DNA of 64,000 bases from Cystobasidiomycetes sp. EMM_F5 (taxonomy: Eukaryota), in the NCBI GenBank assembly GCA_051047955.1, contig JBPGPT010000032.1, forward strand, positions 62,001-126,000, written 5' to 3'. The notes beneath the pieces are model-generated. The model was not told the origin of the DNA and ran no database searches. It saw nothing but the letters and a program-made list of their open reading frames with translations. The first letter of the stretch is position 1; every line of letters begins with the position of its first letter. Positions 38,293 to 50,325 of this stretch are shown here, piece after piece. The position numbers and the translations under genes are program-made.

Positions 38293-39634
38293 ATGTCAAC
38301 ACAGTCTGGTATAGCTGTTCGCTGCTGTCGATGTAATCTTAATCTGCCGTTATAGACTAACGCCGTGCTGTTCAGGTTTCGCAACAGCTTCAGGAAGCGT
38401 TCGGGCGAGCACAAGCTGGAGATGTCCGTGTCCTCAAAGTCCTGATTGAGAACGGTTAGCGCGTTGATTGGGCGCATTCAGAGAGTACGTGGTACTGAGG
38501 CTGCGCCCTTGTAACCCAGAGCAATTGGTTCCCTCCTCCACCTTGACGATACAGGGCAGTGACGTCGAGGACTTTGATGGAATACCACACTTGCTTGAAC
38601 CGACTTCCAGCCCGGCGTACCTCCTTGTGAAGCTTGATGAAGACAGCTCCTCGATAGAAACGCAGTGGCTCTTAGCGACTTACGTGCCGGATCATGCGCA
38701 AGTTCGAAGCAAGATGTTGTATTCATCAAGTAAATCAACCCTATCTCGTCAATTAGGGGACGCGAAGTTCAAACATATCATGTTTGCAAGTACTCCAGTG
38801 CGGTCCTCGTCTACTCAGGATTCCTCATGCGGCTGACAGACTTGTAATTGTAGGATGAATTGTCGTCGGCTGGCTTCAAGCGCTTTCTCGCGCATCAAAC
38901 CTCTTCAGGTATGTACATGTGCACTATTTGTCCATTCATACTTGCCTAAGGTTATACTCTGCAGCCCCGCTGACAGACCGCGAAAGGGAAATGGCCGACA
39001 TTCGCGAAGCGGAAGGTATCGAATCGCAAACTACTGGCACTGCAGTCAGGAAAAGCCATGCCGGCGCACAGTTAGGTATGCCGTGGACGTCCGAAGCAGA
39101 GGAGGCCATTTCTTCCCTGGCGCAGGGAAAGCATCGTATTGTGCAATTAGTAATGATTGCTTATTTGCTCGCCTTTCTATTAAGACTTCGGCTGACCGCG
39201 ATTGCGGCAGGGCATTGATACTAAAGATGAGAAGATCGTAGTGTTATCAACTTCGGCTGATCTCGCATTGCCCGGGCAAGATCCCTCATACACCTTTTAC
39301 GCACATACATCTGGTATTGGTGGGTCTGAACAGCGAAATACGCTTTCGCAGCGACTGAACTGATTTGTCCTCAGTCTTCATCTACTGCTGTCCTGATACG
39401 TCTCCTGTAAGATGGCGCATGATATACTCTAGTAATGCGCAACCGGTCGTACAAAACGCGAAAAACAAAGGTGTCGATGTCGTCAAGAAAGTCGAGACCT
39501 CAACACCATCTGAAATCACGGAAGCATACATTGATGCAGAACTCCAATCGGAACAAGCGGAACAAATCAGTAGAACAGGCACACCATCGAATACTGCATT
39601 TGCACGACCTGCCAGACCCGGTCGGAAACGCTAG
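38293..39634 (+). CDS. TWF1: Twinfilin (two ADF-H domains; actin monomer binding)
   Basis: MSTQSGI, YVPDHAQVRSKMLYSS, PLTDRERE, FIYCCPDTSPVRWRMIYSS and the C-terminal capping-protein-binding tail FARPARPGRKR. Confidence 0.93.
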
Positions 39635-39783
39635 TATCCTTATTATGTGGCATAGTTTGGAAACGCTTGAGGCAGGAGCAGCGTTCATTCCGCTCTCGTA
39701 CATCCGTTGTACTGTCGAAGCATAAAGCGAACGATGGTCTGGCTATCACGCTGTGTCTGACAGCTACGTGCTTTTCGGCGGAT

Positions 39784-40342
39784 CTACTCGTTTGTGCTAC
39801 GCTTGCTATTGCTGCTCTCTTCGGCTGCCTTTGAGCCCAGAATGGTTATATTCAAAGACAACTGGATAGCTATCAGCGATGCTTGTCGACCTCGATACTG
39901 CAAAGCAACTCACTTGAGCCTGAATAGTCTCCTTTGTGCCGTCTTCCAGCTCTATCTCTAGATTGATACGCTTGCCGGCACTTGACCATCCGTACGAGCC
40001 AGTCGACATTTTCTGTTTTGTTAACTCTACTTGCAGGACCTCTTTGACCTCGCTGCCGTTCTTTGATTTCGCTGTTATCGTGGCTTGCAGAGCTGGGGCG
40101 GTACTCTGGAATTGTTCGTATTTCAAGCCGACCTGAGATGATAGTATTCTCAAACATAGTCCTGGTGAATGCATCAATTGCCGGTGACCTTGCTCACCTT
40201 GTCAGCCGACTTTCCAGACTTTTTCGCGACTTTGGCCTGCGCCTGTTCAGCGCCTGATGTCCTGCGAAGAAAACCTCAGCAAATCCTGAGGCCAGGAGTA
40301 CCAAGACGCTACGCACTCTGCACTCTTGCGCTTGGGAGCCAT
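39784..40342 (-). CDS. Small (~128 aa) uncharacterised basic protein with an STGSYGW...QLSLNITILGSK motif
   Basis: Four exons with canonical GT-AG introns give MAPKRKSAETSGAEQAQAKVAKKSGKSADK|VGLKYEQF...KMSTGSYGWSSAGKRINL...IQAQ|LSLNITILGSK...NE*. Confidence 0.8.
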
Positions 40343-40731
40343 ACCGGTAGCTGCGCAGTCTTATGTGGGGATACGCTGCAGAACAGTTGTAAGACGTGAG
40401 GGTCCCGCTCCAAATGCTGCGCAACTTTCTGCCCACGACATCACCATGACGATTGCGTGAGGTTCAGTTGGGACGTCAACGATATCAGACGACGGAGCGG
40501 TTGCGCGAAGGCTGGTGTTTCAGCTTGGCCAATTGCGGGGAAACAGGGAACGCGGAACGGAGGACGTGCCAAAGCCATTCAGCCATGAGGATGGAATTGC
40601 ATAATGCTATTTGTTGTGGAGGGTGGTCCGAAATTGCGAGACCAGTGAAAAGGAAACGTCGTGGTGATCTTACTGGTTTCAAGACCAAGCGGTTTCACTC
40701 ATCCAGCATTCAACCCAACGATGCGGGAGAC

Positions 40732-41874
40732 ATGTCGATAGACCTGGACTGGTCTGTGCTTGACGCCGAACTCAGTGCAAGATGCCTTGCGAGCATCAAT
40801 GCTGCTCTGTCAACAACAAACAAGCCTGCATTCTTGGGCGACATTAGTGCGACGTCCTTTTCCCTGGGCAGCATTGCGCCAGAACTGGAGCTGCTAGAGG
40901 TCCGCGATGTCTACGAAGAGTTTCTGCACATCGACGATGAAGTAGATGGCTATGGTGCTGGCGTGAAAACGCATGACGCGCATCTGGGTGCCGAATACGA
41001 CGACTACGTTCACGTCGAGCGGGAACCTGGCTGGCAGACCCCGGGAGGCTCTGTAGCAATGGCTCGAATGGGCTCCGAGCAAGTTCATCATCAACGCCGC
41101 CGTCGCCAATCCTCTGTAGGCGCAGTCCCAAACAATTCAACGTCTGCAGCAGGCGATTTCCCATTCCCTCGCTTGGTTCCCCACCTCGACGCAGATCAGC
41201 GTTCGAATGCTTCTGCACCTCCTAATCTAGGCAGAAGGCAGCCTCCATCTGTTAGTACGCCGGGCTTGCGGGGGAATCTTACAAAAGAGCATTCCCAGTC
41301 GCATCGAAGTCAATCGCCCTTAGACCGTCGCGTGTCAGTTGCAACCGACGGCCAAGCATTACCGCCCTCTCCATCAGACGTGTCTTTGCAGATGCACTTC
41401 CTTGTACGCTACAGCGGCGACATGACGGTTGGCATTCAGACGAGCATTCGTGTCAGCTACCCCACTCTCAGCTTCATGTCTCTGCCATTCTCCATGACGT
41501 TGACCTCGCTGGCATTCGAAGGTATTGTTGTGGTGGCGTACGAAGGGGACCGCCAGCGTTTACACATCAGCATTCTTGATACGGATTCACACAAAGAAGG
41601 TGCTAGGCACCATCCCGGTGTGCACGATCTGCGTGCAACTACTGGTGCCAAATTACTCAAGAATATCAAGGTCGAAAGCGAAGTGGGACAAATAGACAAG
41701 CTCGTGCTGCGCGATGTTCGGAGAGTCGAGCAATTCGTCATTGGCATAGCTCACAAGGCTTTACAGGTACGCACGATGCTGTCTAATGATATGCGCATCT
41801 AACCGAATTGATTGCTTCCATTTCTAAAGGACGAGATTGTCTGGCCGAATTTCCAATCATTTGCATGGACATAG
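40732..41874 (+). CDS. MDM12: ERMES subunit Mdm12 (SMP domain)
   Basis: MSIDLDWS..., PAFLGDI..SFSLGSIAP, YPTLSFMSLP, FEG..VVAYEG, KVESEVGQ.DK.VLRDV.RVEQF, spliced DEIVWPNF. Confidence 0.92.
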
Positions 41875-42097
41875 CTATTAGTCCGCTAATGCTTTGCACC
41901 CGCGTTGAGTCCCCACTATTACGCTTCTCTGCAAAGACAGCGTGACCCATATCTCGCATCACAATGCCAGAAACCTCGAGCGCCAAACCGCGATGCAATT
42001 ATATGCCGACCGTTCCACATGGCCAACACATACTGCCACACATTTGTCATTTATGGACAGCTGGTTAACGGTTTGAGTAAGCGGCAAGGAGACGAAG

Positions 42098-45000
42098 CTA
42101 GTCTAACGCCATACTGCCAGGCATCTCTGTGTAGTCAAAGCTGCCCTCGAGTGCATCCCGTACACGCTCTCGAACGTCTATTGATGGATCGTCACGCAGA
42201 TCTTTGAGCTTGCTCTCGATACCAAGCGACCGCAACCGAGCAGCAGTGTCGTTGTAGCCTGTATATGAGAGCATCAGACTTTGTACCTCTGAAAATAAGG
42301 GGTTTCTTACGCCTGGTGCTGCCTTCGGGCTGATGGCATAAGTTCACGATGGCCCATACCGCTGCTACTCGAATTTCGGAAGCAGGATGGCTCTGCAACA
42401 TTAGCGACAAATCAGACATAGCCATAAATTGTGCGTATGAGGGCCTTACCAGGTGTGCGTGTATCGCGCGAAGAACGCCTTGCCGATTCATGATACAAGC
42501 CCGATGGGATTCCTTGCCTGTTGCCATGTTGACAATCAAATACAGAGCCTTATAACATGGTTGAGCATTCGTCAGCTGTCATTCCCAAGACGGAACGCCC
42601 GCGCCGTCCCTACATTCAGCAGCATGTCGTAACGTGTTTGATAGAGGGCTTCCTCAATGATGTGGAATAAACGCGCTTCCCCTACGCCTCTAATGACGAG
42701 ATCAATGTCTGCTGCATCGTTGCATGCAATATTGCGCAGGATGCCAATAGTTTCGGACTGTACAGCAGGGTTAGGGTCACGAAGTAGGCTGAGACGTGCC
42801 ATGCATCTTAGTCAGGGCATTTTAGCTACAGATGAGATTTGACTCACGCCACGGTGTACTCCCAAGTGAGGCATGTCATTGTCTTCACTTTGAGCGCCGA
42901 GCTCGACCAGTATGTCATGTTTTTGATAGTCGAAAGGGCGTGATGCCGCAACAAGCCTTTGACAAACACCATCTTGTCTTGCCAGGAGTCAGACGTTGGC
43001 CCTCGTATGTTATCTGCTGGCTGACTCTCCCGGCTAATCTTCGAGAACTCAACGATGCGCTCGACTAGTCCTTCGATAGAGAGGAGTGTCCCTTTGAGGG
43101 GCGAGAATTCTGTAAACACATTACTCATGACCGCTGTTGCACTCAGTTGCGTCAACAGCGTCTCTTTGCTCTCTAGAAGGCTGAATAAGGCTGGCCCGGC
43201 GCCAGTGTCTACGAAGGCGCACTTGAGTAAGCTGATAGATCGTGACAAGGCTCGCGTACATTGCGCCGCGGCACACCGAACATTACTGAATGGTGAGCTG
43301 GATCCGGCAATAATATGAGGTAGAAGCTTTACGTCTAGCATTCGTCGACGCTGTTCTTCGATATCCATGCACAATGCAGCTATCGCGAGTAGAGCGGCCT
43401 AAATAGTAGGTGGTATCGTACCATGTTAACAGAATTATAGTGTGCATATATGTCTCAAGTACCAACCTGTTGTTGCCGGGATCTTTCGGCTGCCGCGTCG
43501 TCGGTTTCGTATGGCAAGATGGGCTCGTCCAATCTTTCCAGAAGATCTTTCAATCGTACAAAGGCATCCATATTTGTAGCAGTCTCTTGTAAGCCCCGAT
43601 CATCCGTGACAAAGTATGCTGCGAGGGATGAGTGTAAATCATTGTTTTCGCGCGCATCTGCCATCAATCACAATTCCCATTTACCTAGAGCGAAGGCTGC
43701 ACGAGCGCTGATGGGTGGCGAGCGATCGCTCAACAGCTGGAGCAGTGTTGCTACGATGGGAGCGCCAGCCAGCTCTCTGTCCCAACCTTGTCCTAACCTT
43801 TGCAAGTTCTTGTATAAATTGACTTGACATTCAGCTGCAGCAAGTCGCATCGAAGATGACTTTGCCGTGGCTTTGGATGAGATATGACTCCATGGTCCAC
43901 CTGTATGCTCCATTCGATTCAGTTCCGCATAGAGCACCTGTTGATCTTTAAGAAGCTAACCAGTTTCCGTTGAGCGTACCAAAGTAAGGTGACGGTTGCC
44001 TGGACTGGCTTCGTCCTTTATCAAAGCTGCAATTGCTGAAATAGCTGATTGAGCGACCTTGGAAAGATAAGGTTGATTAGCATTCGTAGAAAACGACAAC
44101 CGCCGTTAGCTGCTCACTTGAGAAGGAGCGGATTGCAATAAGCCAAATAAAATGACAGTAGGATCTAGCTTTGTGGGCTCTTCTGGGAGAGACGACGGGC
44201 TCCTGTGGGAAGCGGCGGGAGATGAGAAAGCTGCATCCCTTTGGGTCGCCGTGCGAGTGCAACTCGCGATGATGTCGCATGCATTGCGGATAACCTCGTA
44301 CATAACGGAGCGGTTATGGGCGGATACGGTATCTAGAAGAGACGATGCAGTGTCGAGGACGTAGATCAAGGTACGGGCTTGTTCATCCTGTATCAGTCAA
44401 ATTGGATCAATGTCAGCAGGCTTGGCGATTCCTCGAAGGCGAGCACGAGCCTTACAAGACACATATGTTCGACAAACTCTCCTGCTTCTTCTCGGAACGT
44501 CTGCCGTTGTTTCGCCCTGGCATGACCGGCAGCGGTTTTCGGGAGCGCTTTCTTTGCCGCAGCCGGTGGAGAAACGGGGTTGCTACTCTGCCATCGCGGA
44601 TTGTTGCTCTTGACTTCGCTTCGGCTACCAGGTGCAGTGTTGCCGGACGAAAAGACGAGGCCTCGATTGTTGTCGTTGTAAGCGGAACGGACTACGAGCT
44701 CGTAAGTCTTGAGGTCGGCGCCTATTGGGTCCACATAGTGCACGAAGGCAACATATAGAGCACGTAGTGTGCGAATGGTATGTATGAGAAATGCGCAAAT
44801 TCTGTCTTCATCGTCCGCCGGAGATGCATCGTGCGCCATCTCCGATAACAACGTTGCACATCTCCGCAGACACTCGAAGAGATGCTGGTACATCGCCAGG
44901 TCGAGCAGAACTCTAAGCGAACCTTCGCGAGCTATGGGATCCGTCCCTCAGCATGGACGTGACGTCAAACCCTCAAGAAAGGCCCTCCGATAGCAAGCGT

Positions 45001-45333
45001 ACCAATTGCCAAAGATGCTAGGATAGCGAGGCTTTCGCATGAAACAGCTCCTTCTATCTCATCGTTGCCTTCCATTGTGCTCTTGAGGTTGGACAGCTGA
45101 CGGAGAATGCTATGGGATTCAATGAGCGAACGACAGTTCATGCAATCTCCCGGAAACGCTCACTATTCGATTCCATCACGGCTGCTGCAAAACTCCAACT
45201 TGCGATTCGTATTTCCAATGAGGATGTGCTTTATTCGTTTCAGGGCAGACAGCGTGTCGTGTGGAGCAACATCCTCGGCAGCGAGAATACTCAAAGGCGT
45301 TTCAAGCGGCGATAAGACAGCCGGAATGGCCAT
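42098..45333 (-). CDS. Armadillo-repeat protein, ARMC8/Vid28(Gid5)-like (GID/CTLH complex)
   Basis: N-terminal LKRIKHILIGNTNRK; VRCAAAQCTRALSRS; NVFTEFSPLK; ALSTIKNM; ILRNIAC; IRVAAVWAIVNL; C-terminal D.SIDVRERVRDAL. Confidence 0.85.
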
Positions 45334-46309
45334 CAGAGGCAGCTATGACAGATTGCGTGGACGGAAGTTTGGACGATGTGTAAGCTGGACTGTACTGAGC
45401 CTGAGCGCGGTCAATTGGGCTTCTGATAGCCGGCTGCATCTCGATCACGGACAAGGGGGTGCGCTGTGGAGTAAGTTAACTTACGGGCCCGCTTGACAGC
45501 AAGCTGACTGAAACGCAGACTACTTTAACATCTAATACGACTTTTTGGCCCTGGATACACATCTTCCTTGGCCATTGTGCTAATTTGCTAACTTCAGTAT
45601 GACCGGCTGACAACGTACTTCTCCGCTTCTCGACATTGCAAGCTGATATCCATGTATACCCCTAGCCGCCTACACGATGCATGTATTTGATGGTCATTAT
45701 TTATGGCTGGTTATTCAGGTCGTAACGCAGTCCGGCAAAGCACGCAATGTTGATCCACTGTGCTCAATTGGCACAAGGACTCTCCAATAACGAGGGTAAC
45801 GAGATTTTCGAAATGGCAGGGACAACACACACACGGTTCAACTGCATGTGCAGATCGGCTGTGTTGACAGCGGTGATTACCATTAAGCAGTGTGGCAGTG
45901 CGGTCAATGTGGAGTACTCGATTGCCCCACTTATAGCCTGGCTCCGCCCGTTTCAAGGCCTCGACGCGGACTGGCCCAAGCCCCCATTACTGTCTGATAC
46001 GGGCTCCTGCGGTGCTATTCGAATCAGCGAGGTTAAATAGTACCGCTCAGACTCGGAGTGCGCAAGTCGTGCAAATGAGGGTACAAAGGATCATTGTGTA
46101 CAAGTAAAGTTCAGTGGTTCACTGTAAGCGGAGAATGCATAGTAGAAGCCTCGCTGTTTCCCACACTCTGAACGAGAGTGACCCGTTCGTTTCTTTCTAA
46201 TTTTTCTCGTCGATTGGAACCGGCGACCCGGGAAGTTTTGCCACCACTGCCAGAGAGACCAGAAGCCAGAGACTGCACACTTCAAACACCTGCAATCACA
46301 TCAGCAACC

Positions 46310-47060
46310 ATGGCCAGAGGAAGAGTGAGTATGATCATTGCTGGAGCGCAGTCGGAGGCGTACGCGGAGAACTATGCACCGCTGCACGAGAAGGGAAAAT
46401 GGCCACCTCAGCTCGAGCAGATCGGCGCATAATTCGACCATGGACAGCCCTTCGACGCGGCCAAGCAGCATAGACGAGGACGGCGTACTGACTGTGTGTA
46501 TCGCAGTCAAAGGCTCAGAAGCGCCAGTCCGGCCTCAAGGTCGATATCCTGAACCCATCAAAGACGACGGAAATGCAATTGCACAGTATGGTCCAGTCAC
46601 CGAGGACAGGCAGGCAACTGACTCTGTATTCACGCACGCAGAGAAGAAGAGGCTAGTGCAAGGACCCAACTCGTACTTTATGGACGTAAAGTGCCCAGGT
46701 GAGCTCCTCTTTCTCTTGCTGCTCGTCGCCTCATCTCGCGCTACGCCCGCGGACCATTTTGCGCCAATCGGCAGATGGGACAAGCGGTGGCACACGCGGC
46801 GGCAGCAGGAGGAGTTACGCTGTCCACACATTCTGACTCTGTGTCCGTGAATTAGGCTGCTTCAACATCACCACCGTCTTTTCACACGCTCAAACTGTCG
46901 TGCTATGCGGATCCTGCTCCACCCCTCTCTGCCAACCTACCGGAGGAAAAGCGCGATTGATCGAGGGTGCGTGCATTACTTGCATGTACTTTCAGCATGC
47001 ACCGTTGGCTGATTCGCTTCATCTACCACTCCAGGCTGCTCTTTCAGAAGAAAGGCGTAA
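46310..47060 (+). CDS. RPS27: 40S ribosomal protein eS27 (S27), five exons
   Basis: VDILNP...[65 protein letters not shown]. Confidence 0.97.
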
Positions 47061-47666
47061 TTTCCAATCAAAAGCAATCGAATTCTCCAGCACCCTGATT
47101 AGTCGACTGGCAAGAGAGTTCATCACTCTGTTTAGCTGCCAGCTCGCCTCTGAGGATGTCTGTACTGCTACCGGCATTGTTGAGTTGACTCGAGTGTCTT
47201 GGTCGTTCAACGTTCAGTAGGTTGTCGGCTAGGCGCGTGGAAAGCAAGATGGCGTTTTGGAATGAACGACTACTATGCACATGCATCAGCTTTTAGGTTG
47301 TTACATGCATTCTCTGTATAACTATTGGTCATCTGAAATGCAAGGCGTTCGCTTCATTCGCTCAGATAGCCTTCGTAGTGCCCATGCTGACTTCTCCTGA
47401 ATCACTAATGCTGCTCCGTGACTGACTTAGTTTGAGCTAACACACGAGCAATCAAGCCAAGTCAGAGTTAATACACGAGCAATCGAGCGCGTCTGCCATT
47501 TCCGCTACTGGCCGAGATGTAATGATATTACAACTCTGCCTTGTCTGGAGCAATACGTATTCAATTGTGACATCTACTCTCCGACTTGACTTTGCGGCTC
47601 TTTGCCGCCACGACAACGAAATGTAGTTGTCTGATGCATGGCTTTTAGTCGCCGATTCATTCCATA

Positions 47667-49976
47667 CTACTGCCTGTCCAGTTTGACTCGCCATGAAGAT
47701 TTTGGCAGTGCTTATAAGCGAGAAGCGAGATAAATATGTCAGTCGCAGGTCGTATTGACATACTTCGAGAGGTTAGTCTCACCTTGCAGTTTCCTTGCAG
47801 CTGGCTGTATAAAAAGCACGAGCAGCACGGCTCCAATGACAATACAGATGGACGAGGTGATGTAGTAGCCATCCCTTTCGGTGATACATCTGCCTCCTAG
47901 ATCTGCGCAGATAGCTTTCCCATGGTCTGAAACGCATTCTTGCGCAGAGATGGTGATGCCGTTATCGGCGCCGTCCTGTGTAGGAATGATGCAGGAGGCT
48001 TTTGTAAACGAGTCGACACCGCGCAATACAAAGTATCGAGGCCAAGTTCCGCCAAGGTTTGAGACGGTGTTGAGGAGAGTCATGTATGTTCCTCCAATTG
48101 CTGGATCTGCGATTTGCGTATGGAAGGCAGAGATTCCGCCAAATTGAACTGTAGATGCAAAACTGCCGAGAATGGTAGATGCGATGACGAAGAAGAAGTA
48201 ATACATGGGTAAATGGCGCTCAGCTGATTCTTGAGAGCCAGATATACCCTTTTCGTCAGCGGCGGACGAAGTCGAGCTCGGAAAGTATGCAACCAGGAGC
48301 ATGCCTGTGGAAGCAAAGAGAAGACGGAACCACATTGCTCTGATCCATGGTCGCAGCGGTTTGTCGCCTTTTGACCAGCCAGCTGCAAGCCATCCAAAGA
48401 GAATCTGAAAGGGAAAGTCGATGAGAACAGCTAGCGCGAGATCCTCCTTGGACAGTCCCTTTTCAAGCAGCTTCAGACTGGTAGCCGCATCATTTGTGGC
48501 TGTCCCAAGTTTAGCCACAAGGTGAACAAGCGCAAAAGCTTGTACGTCTACGAATAACCATGCATGCCCCTTCAGCGATGCTACTAGCACGCGAGAAGAA
48601 TGCGGTCTCACGTTTTAATTTGCATATCCGATACATGACGCTATAGACCCGCTTCAGATCTAGGTCTGGATCATCCGATGCAACCGGATCCTGGGACGCG
48701 TATGTGTCAGTCTCAAGCGACGAATGGTGACGTTTGTGACGTTTGAAAGCAAGCCCACCTCGGGCTGGAAGATAGCCAAATATACAGTAATGACAATGTA
48801 CGCTACGCTGGCGAAGCGTAGATATCCAGGTAACGAAACCAGCGGGTAGTCGAGCGGCACTGCGCGGAAGTATTTGTTTGAGAATTCGATGCTATTGAAG
48901 GCTAGGAAGACGGTGAAGGATAGAAAGTAGCCGCAATTGAGACCGATAGTTTGAGCCGTACTCGCGTATGACAGATTTGCACGCGATAACAACGTTAAAG
49001 CCCAACCATCCACAGCTATATCTGTGAGGTACAAGTCTTGTTAGCTGATGCTTCCATGCACTCGGGCAACGCATTTACCTTGAGTTGCTGCGAAGAACAC
49101 GAGCACGAAGAATAGAAAGGTTATCATGCTCACATCTGGCACTTCCTGTATTCAAGATTAATATCATGACCGTTCCGTTCGTTCTACAGGATTGGCGCTC
49201 ACCTTGTCCATGTACTGATTGATATTGTTGCTGAGCCACCACAGCATGCTTCCCACAATGAGCTGAATCGGTATGATCCAGGATTTCCGTCTGCCCAGCT
49301 TTGGCGAGAATAGACTGTCCACCACGGGCGACCACAGTAATTTCAAAGAATAGGGATATGTACACAGGGTAAAGATGCCAATTTGCGAGTAGGACAATTT
49401 GCTTCGTAATAAATAGGGTATGCTACCAAAGGCCAGCCCGACTGGTAAACCTTGCAGCAAGTAGAGAGCGACCAAGAGTACCATAGCTCTCTTGTCCCGC
49501 TCTGTTAGTCCCGCGCGTGGAATGTCATCTTTGTCAGACGCGGTGCTTGCTATCCGTCTGTGCCCAAGACCAGTCTCGCTACGTAAGATTGGACTTCTGA
49601 TGCCAGCATTTCTGTGTTTCTCGGAATCATTCGACGTGTATGAGTGACCATTGTACGTGTCCTTGGGTCGTATGCCTGATGAATCTGCCCTCCCTTTTTC
49701 CGCGACATTGTCATAACCGGTACCGCTTCCGCCCTCGAGTTCGTCCAGATCTTGGCCATCTCGAACGCGAGTAAATTGTCTCTGTTGCATATCGCTGTCC
49801 TCTACGCCGCGTAATGCGCTCGTATACGCGTCGTATTGGTCGTCACCGTTTGCTTTTTGCTTGCCTTTGGCTGACGCACTTTGCGATGTCGTTGCTGGCT
49901 CTGATGAGCTGTGCGACCTTGATTTTCCAGCGTGGCCGTTGACCTTCTTTACGCCCGTCCCATTCGCAGCCGACAT
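47667..49976 (-). CDS. ER/Golgi acetyl-CoA transporter (ACATN/SLC33A1 family, MFS)
   Basis: LYLLQGLPVGLAFGSIP, YPYSLKLLWSPVVDS, GRRKSWIIP, ATQ|DIAVDGWALTLL, DPAIGGTYMTLLNTVSNLGGTWP, RDGYY. Confidence 0.93.
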
Positions 49977-50325
49977 GGCATGCCGGATTGTATGTGAACG
50001 TACAAGTGGACTTGTGGGTTGAAGTCCCTGTGCACAAAATATTCGCAAGGCCGCGTCCGGCGCTAGATGAGGCAGTCTCGTTTCAGACTTGTACCAATGC
50101 AGTAGATGTAACGGAAAGCAGGGTTGAGTGGTAAAACAACTAGCAGGTTCCGAAAACATCGTCGACGTGGTCAAGAATTTGCCACATTGGTGCATTGTCG
50201 ACGACCTTGTGCTCCTTTTCAATACGAGCAATGCAGGCAACAAGAAATTACTATAGAGGAAGACGTCTTGCCCGCAATCACATTTACAGTGCCCCGCAGC
50301 ATGTGACTAGGTTACAATGCACCAC

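Noticed and set aside
13305..41874. PUF3 and MDM12 in the same window (reported interactors in yeast)
   Set aside because: They are 24 kb apart with unrelated genes between them, so there is no evidence of clustering.
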